A stretch of DNA of 64,000 bases from Octopus sinensis (Eukaryota), in the NCBI RefSeq assembly GCF_006345805.1, contig NC_042997.1, positions 112,964,001-113,028,000 of the forward strand. The letters are read 5' to 3'. The notes under the pieces are model-generated. The model saw only the letters and a program-made list of their open reading frames with translations, was not told the DNA's origin and made no database searches. This document shows positions 25,990-39,330 of this stretch, one piece after another. Made by a program: the position numbers and the translations under genes. How positions within the stretch are numbered: the stretch's first letter is position 1; each line of letters starts with the position of its first letter.

Positions 25990-26529
25990 TATTTTGTTCA
26001 CTTTCTTTTTCATATGAATTGGCCCTCGTCTGTGTGTGTATAGATCATGGTATACCTCTGCCAGTAGACACATGTGCGTACAAACATGCATACACAGATA
26101 TGCAACTGTATGTGTGTATACATGTGTGTGTGTGTGTTTGTGTGCATGTCTACACTGATGGATTCAAGGGTTTCATTTATTTATGAGTCGATTTCTTAAT
26201 TTCACTGGAGTATAAATACTTAAAATGATATTTAAAAAAAATATTTAGAAGCAATTTGGGTTTGCAAAATTTCCTGATAAGCAAGTGGTCATATAACCTA
26301 CAATGCCATCATTGAAAGACGTTGAAAGCACTTAGATTCTATGCAATACTCTCTCTAAGTATTTCATTTTGTTCACTTTCTTTTTCATATGAATCAACCC
26401 TCATCTGCATGTGTATAGATCATAGTGTACCTATGCACGAAAACACGTGCGGCTACATACATACATACATATATCCATCCATCCATACATACATCTATAC
26501 ATAAATACAAACATAGATATGCAGCTGTG

Positions 26530-26584
<55 letters not shown>

Positions 26585-26690
26585 AACAGTGATGGATTCG
26601 AGGGTTTCATTTATTTAAGAGTTGATTTCTTTATTTCACTGGAGTATAAATACTTATATATATGTATAAATATGGTGATACTTAAAAAGA
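25990..26690. repeat. Diverged direct duplication (about 25990-26240 and 26365-26690)
   Basis: ttttgttcactttc..catatgaat and tttcactggagtataaatactta occur in both. Confidence 0.7.
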
Positions 26691-26816
26691 AAAAAATTAA
26701 TACAGTTCTATAATTGAGAGATGAGGAATTATGTACATTATTTACATTTGACGTAATAGTTTAAGAGCACGGGCTACTAACCCCAAGATTCTGAGTTTGA
26801 TTCCAGACCTGAATGA

Positions 26817-26850
<34 letters not shown>

Positions 26851-27249
26851 GGTGGTGGTGGTGATGATGATGATGATGATGGGAGCATCATAGCCATGTA
26901 TTGAGAGGGATTCTTTGGAGTTTGAATAATTCACCTCTGAAAACATGGAAACATGTTTAACATCCTTAAACAACCCTTATTCAGGGGCCTTTTGAGCAGG
27001 ATGGGTTACTCGACCAGAAGAAAATTTCAACTGGGCCCCACCTGCAAGGTCATGCACTGTTTATCTTGATATGAGATCACCATGTCGTGCACATATGGTG
27101 GTGATGCAGGTGCCTGGTGTACCCTTATCAGACGGGTAGTCATGATGGGTATACTGGGATTCGCATATTTTACCCCAGTGTCACTTTGATGGCATGCACT
27201 GCTCTCTCACTCAACAACAACAACAACAATAATAATAATAATAATAATA

Positions 27250-27292
<43 letters not shown>

Positions 27293-27330
27293 GATAATAA
27301 TAATAATCATAAGCGACACCATAACAATAT

Positions 27331-27870
27331 AGCCAGGCTTGACCATTGGACACTTTGCAACAAGTATGGACTTGACAGAGCAAAAAATTGGTACGACCAC
27401 AAACCTGAAGGCATCGTCGAAAATAGAAATGCAAAGATCCTATGGGATTTTATGATTCAGTGTGACCATGAGATAGAGAACAGGAAGCTAGAGAAAGAAA
27501 ATAAACTATGCTGGATCATAGATATAGCATGCCCAGCTGACAACAAGGTATGCATTAAGGAAGAAAGAAAAGTCGAGAGATATGACAGGTTAGCTTGGGA
27601 AGTTAAGCAGTTGTGGTCGATGAAAAAGGTAGCAGTAGTATCAAAAATTGTTGAAGCCTTGGGAACAGTGATCAAAAATCTAGAGAAGTATGTGGAACAA
27701 ATAGGGGCTGCAATAAGGGCAAAGCACTTACAGAAAACAGCGCTGCTTGGAACTGCTCGAATACTCCAGAAGGTGCTCGAAAAATAAGGGGTGTTACCTT
27801 AGTTCACTGGTAGTGAACAGCTGACACTGTAGTACATCTCCAGCATTAGAGGCTGTTCAAAGGCAATGAT
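27331..27870 (+). mobile_element. R4/Dong-like non-LTR 3' fragment (RLE domain)
   Basis: KILWDFMIQCDH...IIDIACP.D...KVERY..L..EVKQLW...ALG; (TAA)n tracts on both sides. Confidence 0.8.
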
Positions 27871-27955
27871 AATAATAATAATGATAATAATAATAATAAT
27901 AACAACATCGGAAAAATACCTTAGGAATGAGAACCCAGGTTCAAAATTCTTCCAG

Positions 27956-28001
27956 GACACCTGACAAAGGCTGGAGAAAATATCAGCCGAAACGTCGTGT
28001 T
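27956..28001 (+). ncRNA. Degenerate minimal hammerhead ribozyme in a Penelope-like pLTR remnant
   Basis: gacac-CTGACAA-a-GGCTG...CAGCC-GAAACGTC-gtgtt; stems I and II pair; core G8>A probably inactivating. Confidence 0.45.
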
Positions 28002-28134
28002 AGCAACAAACAAGATGAGGACAAATATCCGTCAAATGCAAATAATGTAAATAATGTAAAAAAAATTAATTCCTTTCAATTAAAAAACATGGGTAAGCAA
28101 TGCATTATAAGCCACACTATAATTTATTCTTTTA

Positions 28135-28347
28135 TTCTTTTATTTGTTTCAATCATTTGACTGTGGCCATGCTGGAGCACCACCTTTAGTCAAGCAAATT
28201 GACCCCAGGACTTATTCTTTATAAGCCTAGTACTTATTCTATCGGTCCCTCTTGGCGAACCGTTAAGTGACAGGGACGTAAACACACCAGTGTCGGTTGT
28301 CAAGCGATGTTGGGGGGACAAACACAGACACACAAACGTACACATAC

Positions 28348-28413
<66 letters not shown>

Positions 28414-28419
28414 AACACA

Positions 28420-28496
<77 letters not shown>

Positions 28497-28655
28497 ATGG
28501 GCTTCTTTCAGTTTCCGTCTACCAAATCCACTCACAAGGCTTTGGTCAGCCTGGGGCTATAGTAGGAGACACTTGCCTAAGTTGTCACGCAGTGGAACTG
28601 AATCCGGAACCATGTGGTTGGTAAGCAAGCTACTTACCACACAGCCACTCCTGTG
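28135..28655 (-). mobile_element. SINE family B
   Basis: Homology to 45800-46195. Confidence 0.8.
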
Positions 28656-29105
28656 CCTGCAAAAACTTTCATCTGCATTCAGGGTATGCATCATTCCTCC
28701 AAAGCCTTTCTGTTAACATTATGTTTATGTAATTTCTCTTTATTATTGCTCATCAATGTTAGTGACAACGCAAAAAACAGAGATGGTCATTGACACTTCC
28801 ACATTGATTGTCACAATTTTCCACTCACTCTTTTAATTAACACCCACGTATTTATATAACACTCATGTATCCTGTTTATCATTACTATTATGATTCAAAA
28901 GGCAGCAATTTGCTAGAATCATTAGCATACAGGCGCAGGAGTGGCTGTGTGGTAAGAACCATGCTTCCCAACCACATAGTTCCGGGTTCAGTCCCACTGC
29001 ATGGCACCTTTGGGCAAGTGTCTTCTACTATAGCCTTGGGTTGACCAAAACCTTGTGAGTGGATTTGGTAGACATAAACTGAAAGAAGCCTGTTGTATAT
29101 GTATG

Positions 29106-29158
<53 letters not shown>

Positions 29159-29167
29159 GCGTGTGTG

Positions 29168-29425
29168 TGTGTGTGTGGAGGCTCGTAGCTTAGTGGTTAA
29201 GGTGTCAGCATCATGATAGTAGGATTGTGGTTTTGATTCGTGGACCGGGCGACGCGTTGTATTCTTAAGCAAAACACTTAATTTCACGTTGCTCCAGTCC
29301 ACTCAGCTGGCAAAAATGAGTGATGCTGCGATAGACTAACGTCCTGTTCAGCTGGGGAACACATATGCCATAAAAACCAGGAAACCTGGCCCATGAATCT
29401 GGCTAGGCTTTAAAAGGGCACATTT
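29168..29425 (+). mobile_element. tRNA-derived SINE family D; inverted copy at 55260-55510
   Basis: gtagcttagtggtta A-box and ggttt(c)gattc B-box-like motifs. Confidence 0.7.
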
Positions 29426-30504
29426 ATTTATTATATATATATATATATTACAGTTTGTTGATCAAGCTTTTAAAGAGATTAGTGCACTTCAGAAGAGAAC
29501 CTAGAAGACTGTGTCACGGGACCTTATCAGAAGGCTGCAATTGGTTGGTTTACACATTGGCACGAAATAAAGTAAGAGACAAACTGCACCAAAACCAACC
29601 AATTGGAGTAGTGGACACAACTGGGCCTGAGCAGCTGAAGGCCAACTGTCATCCACCACGTCTGCACTTGTATCACATATCTCAGAGAGAGAGGATGTAT
29701 TTCACTACAAACTCAATCTATGTAAAAGATGACAAAAATATTCAGTATTAAATACTGTGAAGTGGTTGGGTTAAGAAGGGCTTCCAGTCGTGGAAGCCAA
29801 GTGAAAGCAGACAACAGAGCATAATGCTGTCTTCAAATCAGTTGGATGCTGTCAAATTGTCCAACCCATGTGGCCGCCATCGCCGTCGCTTAACATCCGC
29901 CTTCCTTGCTGACATGGATGGGATGGGTTCACAAGCCTGCACCGGATTTCTGTGACTATTTTGGCAGGATTTTTACAGCTGGATTCCCTTCCTAATACCT
30001 ACCATTCAGCAGAGTGGACTTAGTGCTTTTAATATGGCACAAGCACAGGTGAGGCCAGTTGTGCTTTTTTATATGGCACATGCACAGGTGAGGTCAGTTT
30101 TGGCAAGGTTTTCACAGCTGGATGCCCTTCCGAATACCAACCACTTTACAGTGTGGACTGGGTGCTTTTAAGTGGCACCTGCACTGACAAGGTCACCAAG
30201 TACTTTGCAAGACAAAAACTGTTAAGAAGGAAAGAGGCATTGGAGGAGGAGATGATGAAAAAGTTGTAGTGAGACAGATGCAGGAAGTACAAGGTTACCC
30301 GGCCGGAGAGAGAGATCCTTTGTTTCTATTGCTGATGATGATAATGATGATGGTATTGATGATGATGATGATGCTAATTGTCCAGAATTATAATAACATG
30401 AAATATCAAACGTCAATATTTGCAACATAATCAACAAAGATCCACAGAAATTAGCACCAATGGAGGTCATCCTGAAAGACTACAAAGCAAATTCCTTCGT
30501 CTTT

Positions 30505-31000
30505 CTTTTTTCTTTTACTTGCTTCAATCATTTAGACTCTGGCCATGCTGGGGTACCACCTTGAGGAATTTTTGTCAAACTCATTAACTCCAGTACTTAT
30601 TGTTTTAAGTCTAATACTTGTTTTATTGGTTTCCTTTTTGCTGAACTGCTAAGTTACAGAGACATAAACACACCAATGCTGGTTGTCAAGCAGTGGTGGG
30701 GGACAAACCCAGACACACACACACACACACACACATCCTTTTGCCAAACCACTAAGTTACAAGGATGTAAACAAACACTTGTTATTAAGCAGTGGTGGGA
30801 GACAAACACAGACATGCATGTGCGCATGTGTGCATGCGTGCGTGCACACACACACACATAATAGGCTTCTTCCAGTTTCCATCTACCAAATCCACTCACA
30901 AGGCTTTGGTCGGCCTGAGGCTATAGTAGAAGACACTTGCCCAAGGTGCCATGCTGTGGGACTGAACCTGAAACCATGTGGTTCTTACCACACAGCCACA
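30505..31000 (-). mobile_element. SINE family B with internal duplication
   Basis: Homology to 45800-46195. Confidence 0.75.
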
Positions 31001-31099
31001 ACTACACAGCAAAAATAAATATTCCCATAAATAAATAAAAATGAAGAGCACCAAAAAATAGTGAAGTGATAAGATTACAACAACAAAAGGTTCAATGAC

Positions 31100-32050
31100 A
31101 TGAAAACGTCCGCTTTCCATGCTGGCATGGGTTGGATGGTTTGACTGAGAACTGGCAAGCTAGGAGGCTGTCCCAGCCCCCTATTTGATTTAACAAGGTT
31201 TCTTCAGCTTGATGCGCTTCCTAATGCCAACCACTCAGAGAATGTAGAGGGTGCTTTTTACGTGGCACTGGCATGAGGACCAGTCAGACGGGCCTGGCAT
31301 CGGCCACGTTTGGATAGTGCTTTATACGTGCTACTGGCATGGGAGTCAATTGGGGGTACCAGTATCGATCATGTTCAGATGGTGATTTTTATATGCCACC
31401 AGCACAGGAGCTAGTCAGGCAGGCCTGGCATCGATCACATTCGGATAGTGCTTTATATGTGCCACTGGCACAGGGGCCGGTTAGGGGGTACTGGCATCAG
31501 TCACGTTTGGATGGTGCTTTTTATGTGCCACTGGCATGGGAGTGAGTCAGGCAGGCCTGATATCGATTGCATTCAGATAGTACTTTCTACATGCCACTGG
31601 CACAGGAACCAGTCAGTGGGTACTGCCATCAGCCTTGTTTGAATGGTGCTTTATTATGTGTCACTGGCCAGTCAGGTGGGCCTTACATCAATCACGTTCG
31701 GATAGTGCTTTTTACATGCTACCAGCACAGGAGCCAATCAGAGGGTACTGGCATCAGCCACGTTCGGATGGAGCTTTTTACATGCCACTGACACAGGAGC
31801 CAGTCAGGTGGCTCTGGCATTGATAATATTCAGATGATGCCTTTTATGTGCCACCAGAACGGGAGCCAGTCAAGGGGCACTGGCCACAGCTACGATTTTA
31901 GTTTTACTTGACTTAACAGGTCTTCTCAAGCATATCATATCACCCAACACTTCAAGAGTACTCTTAAGTGGGCCAGACATACAACACTGGCATCGGCCAT
32001 GGCTGCGATCTCACTTTAGTTGCCGGGTCTTCTCAATTACAGCATATCTC
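31100..32050 (-). mobile_element. SINE family A with a long (about 60-bp unit) internal array
   Basis: Conserved core followed by about 10 degenerate units. Confidence 0.75.
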
Positions 32051-32299
32051 CATTGTAGAATTCAATCCATTAATTTGAAACCCCTCTTAATTTCAACAAT
32101 GAACTTTATAAACTGATTCACCACCATCAGCTAACTGACCAACAGATTAGTAACTAGTTGATAAGTGACCACTGAATAAATACAATGACACACTCACAAA
32201 GTCCCTCGGTTTTACTTCCTTTTACCTGTACTGAGTAAAGAAATTAGATATCTTTTCAGTTTAAGCTTAGGATATGACAATGGAATGGAGAATGGAAAC

Positions 32300-32570
32300 T
32301 AGCAGGACACTAATTGTTCTGACTGGACATGTTGCTGCTCTCCAGGAAGGCAAAAGACAATCATTGTGGCCAAACTCACAGTGCCCTGGGAGGAAGCAGG
32401 TGAAGAATTTGAAATACCAGGACTTTGTTGATGAGGCCCTCATGAAAGGCTGGCAAACAGTCTCATTCCCCATTGAAGTCGGCTGCAGTGAGTTTCCATC
32501 TAGATTAGCACACTTTTTCTAGCAGAAAATAGGTCTGGAACATAAACAACCGAAGAAAGCCATCAAGGAA
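32300..32570 (+). mobile_element. RLE-type (Hero-like) non-LTR fragment
   Basis: LTVPWEE, KYQDFV..., FPIEVGC remnants. Confidence 0.55.
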
Positions 32571-32574
32571 ACAG

Positions 32575-32800
32575 GTACAAGTCAGTAGCTTGCAGATTTT
32601 TCTGTCAATTTTCATTATTTCACTGGTATTCCAGTTAAGCACATTGAAGCTATAAAGAACAACTGGGACTGCTAAGGAATTTATAGCTAACACCTTATTA
32701 TATGCATTCAACTCAGACTTCAGGACTGCTCGAACTCTTCTATAACATTCATTCCTAACCTTCTCTTTCATGCTTGCATGCTGGATACCAGAGCCTTCAT
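32575..32800 (-). mobile_element. R4/Dong-like RT fragment
   Basis: RRVRAVLKSELNAYNKVLAINSLAVPVVLYSF...W...IDRK. Confidence 0.7.
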
Positions 32801-32819
32801 TATTATTATTATTATTATT

Positions 32820-33350
32820 GAGTGAGAGAGCAGTTCATGCCATCAAAGTGACACTGGGGTAAAATATACGAAGCCCAATATACCCATCATGACTACCCGT
32901 CTGATAAAGGTACACCAGGCACATGCATCACAACCATATGTGCGCGACATGGTGATCTCATATCAAGATAAACAGCACATGACCTTGCAGGTGGGGCCCA
33001 GTTAGAATTTTCTTCAGGTTGAGTAGCCCATCCTGCTCAAACGGTCCCTGAATAAGGGTTGCTTTAGGATGTTGAACGAAACACCTATGTTTCCAGAGGT
33101 GAACCATTCAAACTCCAAAGAATCCCTCTCAACACATGGCCATGATGCTCCCCCACTACTTCTGCTCGTGATCAGAGATGCACATATCGTCAGCCACTAA
33201 GGGACATGCTCAACTGGTTAAGGTCAAACAACTGACAAGCAAATCTGTGGTATTGAGCAGAATATTTGCTGTAGCCCATCTTTTATACCAAGACAAAACA
33301 ATGTACATGATAACACTTCCAATCAGTTAAGATCAGAAGCCATGAGAGCC
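32820..33350. mobile_element. Interspersed repeat family E; copies at about 26755-27215 and 43440-43885
   Basis: Three homologous copies next to (AAT)n or (GAT)n tracts. Confidence 0.7.
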
Positions 33351-33389
<39 letters not shown>

Positions 33390-33402
33390 TCTTCTTCTTC
33401 TT

Positions 33403-33433
<31 letters not shown>

Positions 33434-33684
33434 TCATTATCATCATTATCATCATCATCATTCCACTGAGGTTGGCTTTTCTTTTCATCCTTTTGGGGTT
33501 TGATAAAATAAATACCATTAGCACACTGGTGTTAGCAATTTTTCTCCTCCCCTGATTTTGCAGGCCTTTTACCAAAATTTGAAACCAATATATTAATTCA
33601 ATTGCTTAATTACACTTCGATTTAATATCATTTGTTTTCAGTTTGTATTTCCTTGCTTGAAAATTCAACACCAATTCTCCAAAA

Positions 33685-33850
33685 ATGGGTTTTTGTGAGA
33701 AACTCTTCATCATACCATTGCATATTGTGTGCGTCATTTTGCTGATCATTCAAATGGGATTTCTAGATGTTTATTTGTCTACATACATCAACAAACTATG
33801 GTTGATGTGGATTATCGCTGACGTTGTTACGGTGGTGCTATTTATTACAG
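33685..33850 (+). CDS. TMEM121: TMEM121/CECR6-family multipass membrane protein, coding exon 1 (exon probably begins at 33642 with 5' UTR)
   Basis: Acceptor tttgttttcag|33642, ATG at 33685, hydrophobic ORF MGFCEKLF...VVLFIT and donor ACAG|gtttgt at 33850/33851 (phase 1). Joins the next exon in frame. Family assignment is from recognition of the protein pattern, not a search. Confidence 0.8.
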
Positions 33851-33954
33851 GTTTGTATTCTTCTCGTTGCTTTAAATAAACTATATTTCTTTTCACTGAA
33901 ATTGCTGCATATCTTTTTAATCTTGCTTCATGTAGAATATGTGTGTATGTAACA

Positions 33955-34230
33955 CCATCCTCCCCCTCTTCCTCCTCCTCTTTCCCCGCCTCCTCCTCTT
34001 CCACTTCTCTCTCCTCTCGTCGTCGTCGTCTTCGTCGTCGTCGTCGTCGTCTTCGTCGTCGTCGTCGTCGTCGTCGTCGTCTTCGTCGTCGTCATCGTCG
34101 TCTTCGTCGTCGTCGTCGTCTTCGTCGTCGTCGTCGTCGTCATCATCATCATCATCATCATCATCATCCCCATCCACCACCTCATACTCCTCCTCCTCCC
34201 CTCCCCTCCTCCCCTCTCCCCCTCCTCCTC
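33955..34230. repeat. (TCG/TCA/TCC)n microsatellite in the TMEM121-like intron
   Basis: Direct inspection; source of the poly-S/D/R ORFs. Confidence 0.9.
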
Positions 34231-34307
34231 CTAGTTTATACTGTAAAATGATAAGACACTTAAATCTTTATATGACTTTTACAGCTTCATAAATATCTAT
34301 GTATATA

Positions 34308-34473
34308 TACCGTATTTTAACATGTATCAGGAACCCTCTAATTTTTAGGGTTTAAAATTTGGAAAAAGGTTTTGTAAAGGATTATAACATTATCCATGTA
34401 TAAGAAATTCCCATATTTTTTAACCTAATTTTTGACAAAAAATGGGTTCCTAATACACATTAAAATATGGTGT
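34308..34473. mobile_element. Tc1/pogo-type MITE in the TMEM121-like intron
   Basis: taccgtattttaacatgtatcaggaaccc / gggttcctaatacacattaaaatatggtg. Confidence 0.55.
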
Positions 34474-35058
34474 ACACACACACATTCTTGGTTAACAAGA
34501 ACACAGTCTGCTAACATTGACTTTAACTATGCCTTATAAATATATCATAAGATCAGCAGAAAGTTTCTCCAGAACTTTCTTTTTGTATTTCAAATAATTT
34601 ACTCTCATAGAAAACCAAAAGCAATATTAAATGGTTCCATAAGGTGGCACGTTGGCTGAATTGTGTACACTGAGCAAAATACTTTGTGACATTTTGCCCA
34701 TCTTTACATTCTGAGTTCAAATTCTGCTGAAGTTGGCTTTGTCTTTTATTTTTTGCAGTCAAGAAAATAAGTACCCGTTAAGCCCAGGGGTTGAAGTAAT
34801 TGTCTTGATCCTTTCCGCAAAACTGCTGGCCTTGTGAAGCCAAAAATTTGAAACTAATGTTAAAAGGTTCCATAAATTATACCGACTTTATTGCAATGTT
34901 GCTAGTTCTGTCTTCAGCCAACATTCATTAGTCTCATCACAAATAAACTACTTTATCTCTTGTATTAATAAGTGTTTCTATTAATCCTTCATTTAAAATT
35001 TATTGTTTATAAAACAGATTTCACTTTAGTTCTAAATGTGTTATCTTTTATTTTTCAG

Positions 35059-35792
35059 TGTTGGTTTTTTCATACATTTACAGTCGCAGAGAAAACATTG
35101 AACCACAAAACTTCCAAGTAATTTCAAAAGTAGAAAAGCTCCCTCTTATTTGTATTGCTTGGGGAGTTTATTCCATTGTACTTTTTCTAAAAGTGTTGTT
35201 TTGCTTTGAGAACTTTTCTGTCACATTAGGCAAAAAGGATAATTTGGGTCCAAATATCCTAAAATTAACGCTTGCACTTTCTGCCCCGCTCTTTCTAATT
35301 TATTTGCTGTGTCAGGTCAGCACCTCTCCAGACAATGAGAATAGGAGATATATTGACAGAATAACATCAGGTGTTACCATTGACATTTTTGACACAGTTG
35401 ACTTTTTGGACATCCTTTTTGTTCACCAGTCCAAAGTACTTCTGTCATTTGCAATGACAAAAACGATCTTAGGTTTTTCTTTGATTAATATATTTATGCC
35501 TTTAATTCCTCTGTTTCTTGTTAGTCACTCGCATTATGGTAAAATCAAATTAAGAGACAATTTTATGAACCTGTACCGCATTTTAATGATAGTGATAATC
35601 AATGTTCCATATTTGGTTATTCGTTTACGCTTAATCCATATCTATGGGCACAATATGTCTATATTCCTGATTAAGAATTTCCTTTCAATCTTTATTGCTT
35701 TTATTAATATCTATGAGAGAAAACAACAGCAAAAATTTGAAGAAATTCCCACCAGAGCTGCCGAAGGAAGTACCACTCAGGATAAGGTATAA
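35059..35792 (+). CDS. TMEM121: TMEM121/CECR6-family multipass membrane protein, coding exon 2 (terminal)
   Basis: Acceptor ttatcttttatttttcag|tg completes GTG (Val) and is followed by an open frame to TAA at 35792; spliced total 299 aa. Several TM helices, plus DIFDTVDFLDILF and INVPYLVIRL motifs like those of the TMEM121/CECR6 family. Confidence 0.82.
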
Positions 35793-35854
35793 TTTAAAAT
35801 GATAGAGAAAACACAAGTGCCAAGCTCTGATACAAGATTTGTGTTCTCCTCTGC

Positions 35855-35860
35855 AATAAA
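35855..35860 (+). promoter_or_regulatory. Candidate polyadenylation signal AATAAA of the TMEM121-like gene
   Basis: AATAAA 63 nt after the stop codon. Confidence 0.45.
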
Positions 35861-35879
35861 TATTCTTTTATTCAATTAT

Positions 35880-36270
35880 TCTTTTACTTGGTCCAGTCAT
35901 TTGGCTGTGGCCATGCTGGATCACCGCCTTTAGTTGAGCATAAACACACCAGGGTCAGTTGTCAAGCGATATTGGGAGGGACAAACACAGACACACAAAC
36001 ATATACAGAAACACATACATACATACATACATACATACATACATAAATACATACATACACACATACACACACACACACACATACATACATATATATATAT
36101 GTATATATATACACATATATGACGGGCTTCTTTCAGTTTCCGTCTACCAAATCCACTCACAAGGCTTTGGTAAGCCTGAGGCTATAGTAGAAGACATTTG
36201 CCCGAGTTGCTACGCAGTGGGACTGAACCCAGGACCATGTGGTTGGTAAGCAAACTACTTACCACACAGT
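35880..36270 (-). mobile_element. SINE family B
   Basis: Homology to 45800-46195. Confidence 0.8.
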
Positions 36271-36624
36271 CACCTTTTTAATCTTCTAAACACACTGATT
36301 ATAGTTTTTCAACAAGAAATTCACACACGAATGTTTTGAAGTTGCAAAGTTCTCTAACTGCATGCAAAATGTTTATTCCAGAATCATGTCTTCAATATTC
36401 ATAGAAAAAGAATCTCATTCCAAGCAAGATTAATGGACAATCTATTGATTGTAGTTTGCAAATTATGGCACAGAGTGGTAATTTTTATAGAAATTTCTTT
36501 TCTTTGAATTTTACTCAATTATAAATAAAGAAAAAATTTTTTTTTTCTTTTCGAAATATAAAACTGAAGAATATGCTTTAACCCTTTTAATTGTCCCTAG
36601 TTCTGTAACAGATTTCCTATTTCA

Positions 36625-36980
36625 AAGTAGCGAAGGCGGATGTATTGTTTTCAGTTTTTTTTGTTTGTTTCTGCACGAACAAGATATCTCAAGAACCACT
36701 GGATCGATTCAGATGAAACTTTCAGGAATGTTTGGCCTCATGACTGGCACAAACTGATTAGATTTTGGGATTGATCTGGTACCAGACAAGGATTCTGGAT
36801 TATTTTACCTGTTTTTTTACTTTATTTTTGAGAGCGGTCGGGTTCCTTTTTAGTATTTTTCGTTTATGAGAGCAGTCGAGTTTATTTCAGATATTCTCAT
36901 TCTAAAAATCACATCTGACTAATTGTTGAGAGGACATTGGTGTTGCCTTGGCAGATATTTGCGCTCTCTGAGTGCCCTTA
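36625..36980 (-). mobile_element. Non-autonomous Helentron/HINE-like repeat, family 2
   Basis: Homologous to 9536-9890. Confidence 0.5.
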
Positions 36981-36983
36981 TTA

Positions 36984-37041
<58 letters not shown>

Positions 37042-37044
37042 GAT

Positions 37045-37555
37045 TCGATGACTGGCATCCATGCTAGCGGGGTGCAAAGAGCACCATACGAGTGTGATCG
37101 TTGACAGAGCGGCTAACCGGTTTCCATGCCAGTGGCACATAAAAGGCACCATTCGAGTGTGCTCATTACCAGAGTCGCCTTACTGGCACTTGTACCCGTG
37201 CTAGTAGAGTGCCAAGAGCACCATCTAAGCGTAATCATTGCCAGAGGGCACCATTTGTGCGTGATCGTTACCAGCATCGCCTTACTGGCACCTGTGCCAG
37301 TGACATGTGTAAAAAGATTCAAGTGAGGTCATTGCCAGTACTACCTGACTGGCCCCTGTGTCTGTGGCACGTAAAAAACACCCACAACACTCTCAGAGTG
37401 GTTGACGTTAGGAAGGGCATCCAGCTGTAGAAATTCTGCCAAATCAAGATTGGAGCCTGGTGCAGCCATCTGGCTCGCCAGCCCTCAGTCAAAATTGTCC
37501 AACCCATAGAAAGTGGACATTAAACAATGATGAGGATGATGATGATGATGATCGT
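37045..37555 (+). mobile_element. SINE family A
   Basis: Conserved core and tail. Confidence 0.8.
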
Positions 37556-38495
37556 CGTTGTTGCTGCTGCTGCTGCTAATATTGCTGCCACCGCCACCAT
37601 CTGGTTGATAATGTTTACAGTACTAGTGCTGCTTTAAATTCATATCTGAATTGATTCTTACGTAAGCATCAGTGAGTCATACCAGTAAGCGGTTTTTACA
37701 CTATTTGCATATAGTCATGGACTAGAGATTCAGTTAGCTTCCAGTTCAGTTCAGGCACGTGATGTAGACAAGCCACTAAAACGATGAAACACTGATGTCC
37801 ATCACTCCTGAATGGGATTGGAGGTGACTTATCTTGCCTCTATGATTTTCAGGTGTTTTAACACCCAGCGCTTTGAATGAGTCATCTCTACTGTACTAAA
37901 CTGCATCATACTGGCAAACAAGCAGGGCGTATGCATTGATCATGTGCAGTCAGACTGCCAAATTCTACACAGTTTTTTTTGTCCGCTCTCCATTTTTTCC
38001 CTTTTATTCCTTTCTGTTGATGAGCATAGGCTCAAAGCATAAAAGACTTTTCCATTCTCTCTGAGCGTTAAACTAATACATCTGTTTCTTGTTCCTATAC
38101 CTGTCTTCATCTTCTATATTTTTTTTGTAAATTTGGATTATTTATATATATATATATATATATGTACATATATATGTTTATTTACCCCACCCACAAAAAT
38201 GAGCACTTACATCCCCTTAGATTTTTCTACTTGTTGATTCATTCACAAACTTCCATACTAGACCATGGACTAAAATCTTCTTAAGAAAATATGAAATTAC
38301 AATAATTTCAATGTCATGATTATCAAAATTGAAACCGGTCGACAAACACAATACTCTTCCATTTAAAATATATTAAAACTTTGTAAACTATGTGCATTTT
38401 CCTTCTTTTTATTTTATAAAGGTATATATTTTGCATTAAAACTCACCACATGAGGATAATTGAAATTCTCCGCCTAATCTTATTGTGTATGTGTA

Positions 38496-38538
<43 letters not shown>

Positions 38539-38844
38539 TTTATATTCATTTAAAGAAGAAGAAAATGGGGATTCTGAAGTTAATAATTGTTTATTATTAA
38601 CAGTAAATTGGTTGTAGTAAAGAATGTTTGCCAACTTAACATGGCAGTCCTGGTTTAGGACTAATGTTTCTGTAGTTTAGCCCCAGGAGACATTGTCTCC
38701 AGCTGGCTATATGACTCAATCTATGTCCTTATAAAAAAATTAAAGGACACATGCAGGAAATAAATAGACACCTTTAATTTTCAAAATCTTTTATTTAATA
38801 CACAAAGCGAACAATTGAAATGTAATCAATAGGTAGGACTACAT

Positions 38845-39330
38845 ACTTTAGTATTTAGTTGACATCCCCTTTACAGTTTTTAATTCAGAAACTCTTTTTG
38901 GCATTGAACTGATGAGCTTTGTGATTGTCTCTTGTGGAATTTCTGCCCACTTTTCATGCAACAATTGAAACAATTCATCTTTAGATTTAGGTTTCTGTCG
39001 AGTTTTTCATATAGCTCTAACTAGTTTCACCAAAGATTTTCAATTGGGTTCATGTCAGGAGATTGGCTCGGCCAAGGAAGCTTTTTGATTCCATTTTTAG
39101 TCAACCATTGTTGATTCCTTCTCACTGTGTGGCATGGAGCCCCATCTTCCATGAATAAAAACTAATTTTTCATTATGTTATTGTGTGAATACATTGGAAG
39201 TAGTCCTTGCTTAAGTATTTTGGTGTATTTTTCAGAGTTTATAGTTCCAACACATTCAATCAGCTCAGAACGACCATTGCTAGTGATAGCTCCCTATAAC
39301 ATTACAGAGATAATGCCATGTTTCAGAGTT
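38845..39330 (-). mobile_element. Tc1 transposase 3' remnant (DD34E)
   Basis: Minus strand FMEDGAPCH...WPSQSPDMNPIENLW; 34 residues between D and E by manual count. Confidence 0.8.

Noticed and set aside
29168-29250. tRNA-like sequence
   Set aside because: Head of a SINE; no complete cloverleaf; other copies present
33851-33879. Single-exon 64-aa ORF ending GLYSSRCFK
   Set aside because: Better explained by splicing at 33850 into 35059
33917-34292. Poly-Asp/Ser/Arg ORFs
   Set aside because: Trinucleotide microsatellite within the intron
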